A stretch of DNA of 37,414 nucleotides from Candidatus Bathyarchaeota archaeon. Lineage in GTDB: Archaea; Thermoproteota; Bathyarchaeia; Bathyarchaeales; Bathyarchaeaceae. A program made the position numbers and the translations under genes. Below, one piece after another: positions 34,602 through 37,414 of this stretch. Under the pieces are notes generated by a model that worked only from the letters and a program-made list of their open reading frames with translations, did not search any database and had not been told where the DNA came from. How positions within the stretch are numbered: position 1 is the stretch's first letter; every line of letters starts with the position of its first letter. The DNA lies in NCBI GenBank assembly GCA_965602795.1, contig CBFCZR010000002.1:1-37414 (forward strand), in the 5' to 3' direction.

Positions 34602-35414
34602 ATGATGGCGGGTTCCATGTCTATAATATCTTTGCTCTCCGATTTCGGCGGTAAGGACCCTTACGTGGCGGAGATGAAAGCCGTAATCCTCTCCATCAAC
34701 CCCCAAGCCCGCATCATAGACATAACCCATGAAATAGAAAAATTCGACATCCGCATGGGCGCCTATGTCCTAGCTTCCGCAGCCCCCTACTTTCCCCAGA
34801 ACACAGTTCATGTGGCGGTCGTAGACCCTGGCGTCGGAACAAAAAGGCGCCCCATAATCGTAGAAACCAGCCGCAGCCTCTATGTTGGACCCGACAACGG
34901 GCTCCTGATGTTGGCTGCCCACAAAGAACACATAAAAACCGTTTACACCATAGACAACCCAGAATACATGCTATCAGACGTATCCAAAACTTTTCACGGA
35001 AGAGACCTCTTTGCTCCAGCAGCCGCGCATCTAACGCGGGGAATTAAGCCCTCCGATTTTGGGTCATCAATACACGACTACATAATTCCCGAGTTCGCGG
35101 AACCACACGTAAAAGATGAGGAACTGCGGGGAGAGGTTCTACATATAGATGATTTCGGCAACATCGTCAGCAACATTACGTTAGAAGAGCTTGAGAAAAT
35201 GGGATTTCATAAAGAAAATTCTCTCTTTGTTAGGATTGGCAAAAAAAGCTTGACCATGCGGTTCTGTTCAGCCTACGGCGAAGTCTCGTCTGGGACTCCT
35301 TTGGCTTTGATTGGCAGCAGCAACTTTCTTGAAGTAGCCGTTAACCAAGGAAGTGCAGCAGAAATTTTCGGGGCAAAGGTTGGAGAAGCATTTCACGTCT
35401 CTGGGGTCTCCTAG
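34602..35414 (+). CDS. S-adenosyl-L-methionine hydroxide adenosyltransferase (SAM hydrolase, DUF62 family)
   Basis: ISLLSDFGGKDPYVAEMKAVI...IIDITHEI..FDI..GAYVL...VHVAVVDPGVGTKRRPII...YVGPDNGLL...FHGRDLFAPAAA are family hallmarks. Confidence 0.8.
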   Translation: MMAGSMSIISLLSDFGGKDPYVAEMKAVILSINPQARIIDITHEIEKFDIRMGAYVLASAAPYFPQNTVHVAVVDPGVGTKRRPIIVETSRSLYVGPDNGLLMLAAHKEHIKTVYTIDNPEYMLSDVSKTFHGRDLFAPAAAHLTRGIKPSDFGSSIHDYIIPEFAEPHVKDEELRGEVLHIDDFGNIVSNITLEELEKMGFHKENSLFVRIGKKSLTMRFCSAYGEVSSGTPLALIGSSNFLEVAVNQGSAAEIFGAKVGEAFHVSGVS

Positions 35415-35424
35415 CCGAACTCTG

Positions 35425-36057
35425 TTAATAGTTTTCTATCCAGAACATGTCTCCGCGGGATTTTGCTAAGGCGTAGCCGATTATCAACCCGGATGCTAGT
35501 CCGCCGAAGTGGGCAACTATGTTGACGCCTGCGCCTGTGCTCAGAATTAGCAGCAGAAAGGCGTACATTAATGCCCCTACAATGGATTGGCCGAACGTTT
35601 TCCGCATGTATATGATGCCTGCGCCGTACATTCCGAATATTGCTCCCGAAGCCCCAGCAGAAAGCGTGGTTGGCGACATAAGAAAGAGTGTCAGCAGGCT
35701 GCCTGAAAGCCCTGAAAGCATGTATACGGCAAAGTATTCTTCGGTGGTGAAGAGTTCTTCGGCTCTTAAACCGAATATGACCAGGAAGAGCATGTTTAGT
35801 GCGATGTGGCTTATGTCCACGTGAACGAAGATGGAGGTTAAGAGCTGCCAGTATTCGCCATTCAAGACGTTGATGTTGTATTGTCCGAGCTGAAGGAGTA
35901 CACTGTCGGCTGTTTGGATGAAGCTTCCGCCAAGCAAGGAAGTGTAAACGTAAACCAGTATGTTCGCAATTACCAGAAACATTGTTGGTCTTAGCATAGA
36001 CCGGCTTCTCATTCCTGAACAATCCTCAAAAGCAAACACTCCGCCGTATATATGCAT
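35425..36057 (-). CDS. Rhomboid-family intramembrane serine protease
   Basis: WQLLTSIFVHVDISHIALNMLFL (TM2 H..H..N), catalytic GASGAIFGMYG (GxSG) and VAHFGGLASGLIIG (catalytic His). About 6 TM. Confidence 0.85.
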   Translation of the reverse strand: MHIYGGVFAFEDCSGMRSRSMLRPTMFLVIANILVYVYTSLLGGSFIQTADSVLLQLGQYNINVLNGEYWQLLTSIFVHVDISHIALNMLFLVIFGLRAEELFTTEEYFAVYMLSGLSGSLLTLFLMSPTTLSAGASGAIFGMYGAGIIYMRKTFGQSIVGALMYAFLLLILSTGAGVNIVAHFGGLASGLIIGYALAKSRGDMFWIENY

Positions 36058-36124
36058 ACCTTGCCTCTCTTTGTTTCTGGTTGACCGTAAGGTAAATGTT
36101 GAAGGGTCTTGTATATTTGCGGCT

Positions 36125-36919
36125 ATGATAGTTGATGTTTTCCTTTCGTCGGTTCTCTTTCTGATTGGTGTGACCGTGGTCTTTCTTTACTCCAGATTAG
36201 ATGAGAAGGTTGACAGTCTCCTCGGCGGGCAGGAACTCCAGCTAAAGCACGTAGTTTTGTTGGTGGCTGCCATGGGCGCAATGGTAACGGTGCTGGTGTT
36301 TGTTCCAGAGCAGTCTATGCTTGTTCTCTTCTCCTTCGCTTATGTTGTGGCGTTGTTCCTTTTCACTTACCTGCTGGTGCCAAAATGGTATGTGGCAGTG
36401 GTGCCGCCTGTCCTGTTCATCTTGTCGTTTCTCTATTTCTGGAATATTTACCTGTTCAACCTTTTTGCCATAATTTTCGGTATCAGCATCTCAGTTTACA
36501 TGGGGAGCCTATTCAACTGGAAAACGACAATAGGCTTCGTCTCCTTACTGACCATTATCGATATTATCCAAGTGTTGGTTACACGATTTACTGTAGCTTC
36601 GGCGCAAAAGGCTCTTGAGCTAGGGTTGCCCATAGGCGTTATGCTGCCTGCAATCCCCTTCACTGACAATTACACCTTTCTTGGTTTGGGAGACATCTTC
36701 TTTCTGGGGCTTCTCGGAATCCAAAGCACACAAAAATACGGCAGAAAATTCGGGCTCGCATCCATCGCAACAATGGCTGTTGTCTTCTTTCTGTTTCAAA
36801 CCTTTATGCTAAACTCCCCCATCCAAGATTTCCCAGCAACAGTTTTTGTTATCAGCGGCTGGCTAACCGCTCTAGTCGCAAGACTCCTCTATAACGTGTT
36901 CACTTCTAAAAGAGAATAA
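36125..36919 (+). CDS. Presenilin/signal-peptide-peptidase-like GxGD intramembrane aspartyl protease (candidate)
   Basis: Polytopic membrane protein with SLLTIIDIIQV (first Asp, YD-equivalent), FLGLGDIFFLGLL (GxGD) and DFPATVFV (PAL-like). The track start at 35960 overlaps the rhomboid gene; the ATG at 36125 is preferred. Confidence 0.5.
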   Translation: MIVDVFLSSVLFLIGVTVVFLYSRLDEKVDSLLGGQELQLKHVVLLVAAMGAMVTVLVFVPEQSMLVLFSFAYVVALFLFTYLLVPKWYVAVVPPVLFILSFLYFWNIYLFNLFAIIFGISISVYMGSLFNWKTTIGFVSLLTIIDIIQVLVTRFTVASAQKALELGLPIGVMLPAIPFTDNYTFLGLGDIFFLGLLGIQSTQKYGRKFGLASIATMAVVFFLFQTFMLNSPIQDFPATVFVISGWLTALVARLLYNVFTSKRE

Positions 36920-37062
36920 ACCTTTAGTCCCAACCCAAACTTCTAACTTTTTAGAGTTGTCACGAATCCTTGACTGTTCTTTTCGGTTTTTTCTGTACAA
37001 AGGCTGTTCTAACGTGTAGAAATATATGTATGTAAATCCCAATAGCCGCGGCGGTCAACGCT

Positions 37063-37414
37063 GTGAGTTCGAATGTAATCGAAAAGGTAAGGCATCTTTT
37101 TGAATTAGTTTCAGTAGTTTTGCTTTTTGGATTACAGACATTGCTTAGTGCTGGATTGTTTATGGGAATTATGGCAATTCCATTGTTGCCTTACATTTGG
37201 AGAATGATTTCAAGTGCGGATACTAATTTTGCAGCGGGATTTGTTCATTATCTTTATGTTATGCTTTTTGGGGTGGAGTTTTTGGTTGGCAGATTAATCC
37301 TATTTGCTGGTATCGCAATCTTGTTTATTGCCTTGTTTCAACTGCTCCTAAGTCGCCGCAGAGGAAATGAACTCGTTAAATCAGGATTATACTCTCGCAT
37401 GAGGCATCCTCAGT
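37063..37414 (+). CDS. ICMT/PEMT-family membrane methyltransferase, N-terminal part (3' end runs off window)
   Basis: Frame is open from 37036 to the window end. Hydrophobic helices, then ...RRRGNELVKSGLYSRMRHPQ, matching the LVTxGxYxxxRHPxY motif of isoprenylcysteine carboxyl methyltransferase-like enzymes. Start is uncertain (GTG 37063 or ATG 37162). Confidence 0.5.
   Translation, partial: MSSNVIEKVRHLFELVSVVLLFGLQTLLSAGLFMGIMAIPLLPYIWRMISSADTNFAAGFVHYLYVMLFGVEFLVGRLILFAGIAILFIALFQLLLSRRRGNELVKSGLYSRMRHPQ

Noticed and set aside
35411-36022. 203-aa R/H-rich ORF on the minus strand overlapping the rhomboid gene in another frame.
   Set aside because: The overlapping frame 35425-36057 has clear rhomboid catalytic motifs and TM helices. 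This one has an Arg/His-rich non-protein-like composition.
35960-36124. 5' part of the 319-aa + strand ORF overlapping the rhomboid start.
   Set aside because: No membrane-protein character (MFAITRNIVGLSIDRLL...), and it overlaps the divergent gene by ~100 nt. The internal ATG at 36125 begins the first TM helix.

Overview
Archaeal chromosomal segment. The diagnosis rests on eS4, eL19, eL32 and RNase P Rpp29, and on the archaeal gene order uL22-uS3-uL29-Rpp29-uS17-uL14-uL24-eS4-uL5-uS14-uS8-uL6-eL32-eL19-uL18-uS5-uL30-[Hsp20]-uL15-SecY-DUF106-Cmk at about 20.98-33.8 kb. Lineage cannot be assigned from sequence alone; a TACK/Bathyarchaeia-like organism is only a guess. Layout from the left: nucleotide-sugar genes (1-1441). 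A secreted anchored protein and tRNA-Leu(GAG) follow (1600-2711). Next is a mixed region of exported/membrane proteins, small wHTH regulators and housekeeping genes (trmI, ppa, HAD) up to 13.3 kb. An accessory block spans 13.3-20.7 kb. It holds a long coiled-coil protein, a nucleotidyltransferase-like/protein-kinase fusion, a P-loop AAA_33-type kinase, a TrpH-like PHP phosphoesterase and an APH-like phosphotransferase. After the ribosomal/SecY operon come an atypical kinase, a SAM hydroxide adenosyltransferase, a divergent rhomboid / presenilin-like protease pair and a truncated ICMT-like methyltransferase. No CRISPR array, rRNA, transposase or integrase was seen. The most unusual observations: (1) long lysine-rich low-complexity extensions on uS3 (C-terminal, ~220 aa) and uL5 (N-terminal, ~124 aa), which share a 52-nt identical stretch, plus a shorter tail on uL24; (2) an Hsp20 gene embedded between uL30 and uL15; (3) the kinase/PHP/NTase accessory block, which contains catalytic-motif variants; (4) a conserved ~55-nt intergenic element with a 17-nt palindrome, found after tRNA-Leu and again 15 kb away. 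No candidate system is proven. All functional calls come from motif recognition by eye, with no database searches.
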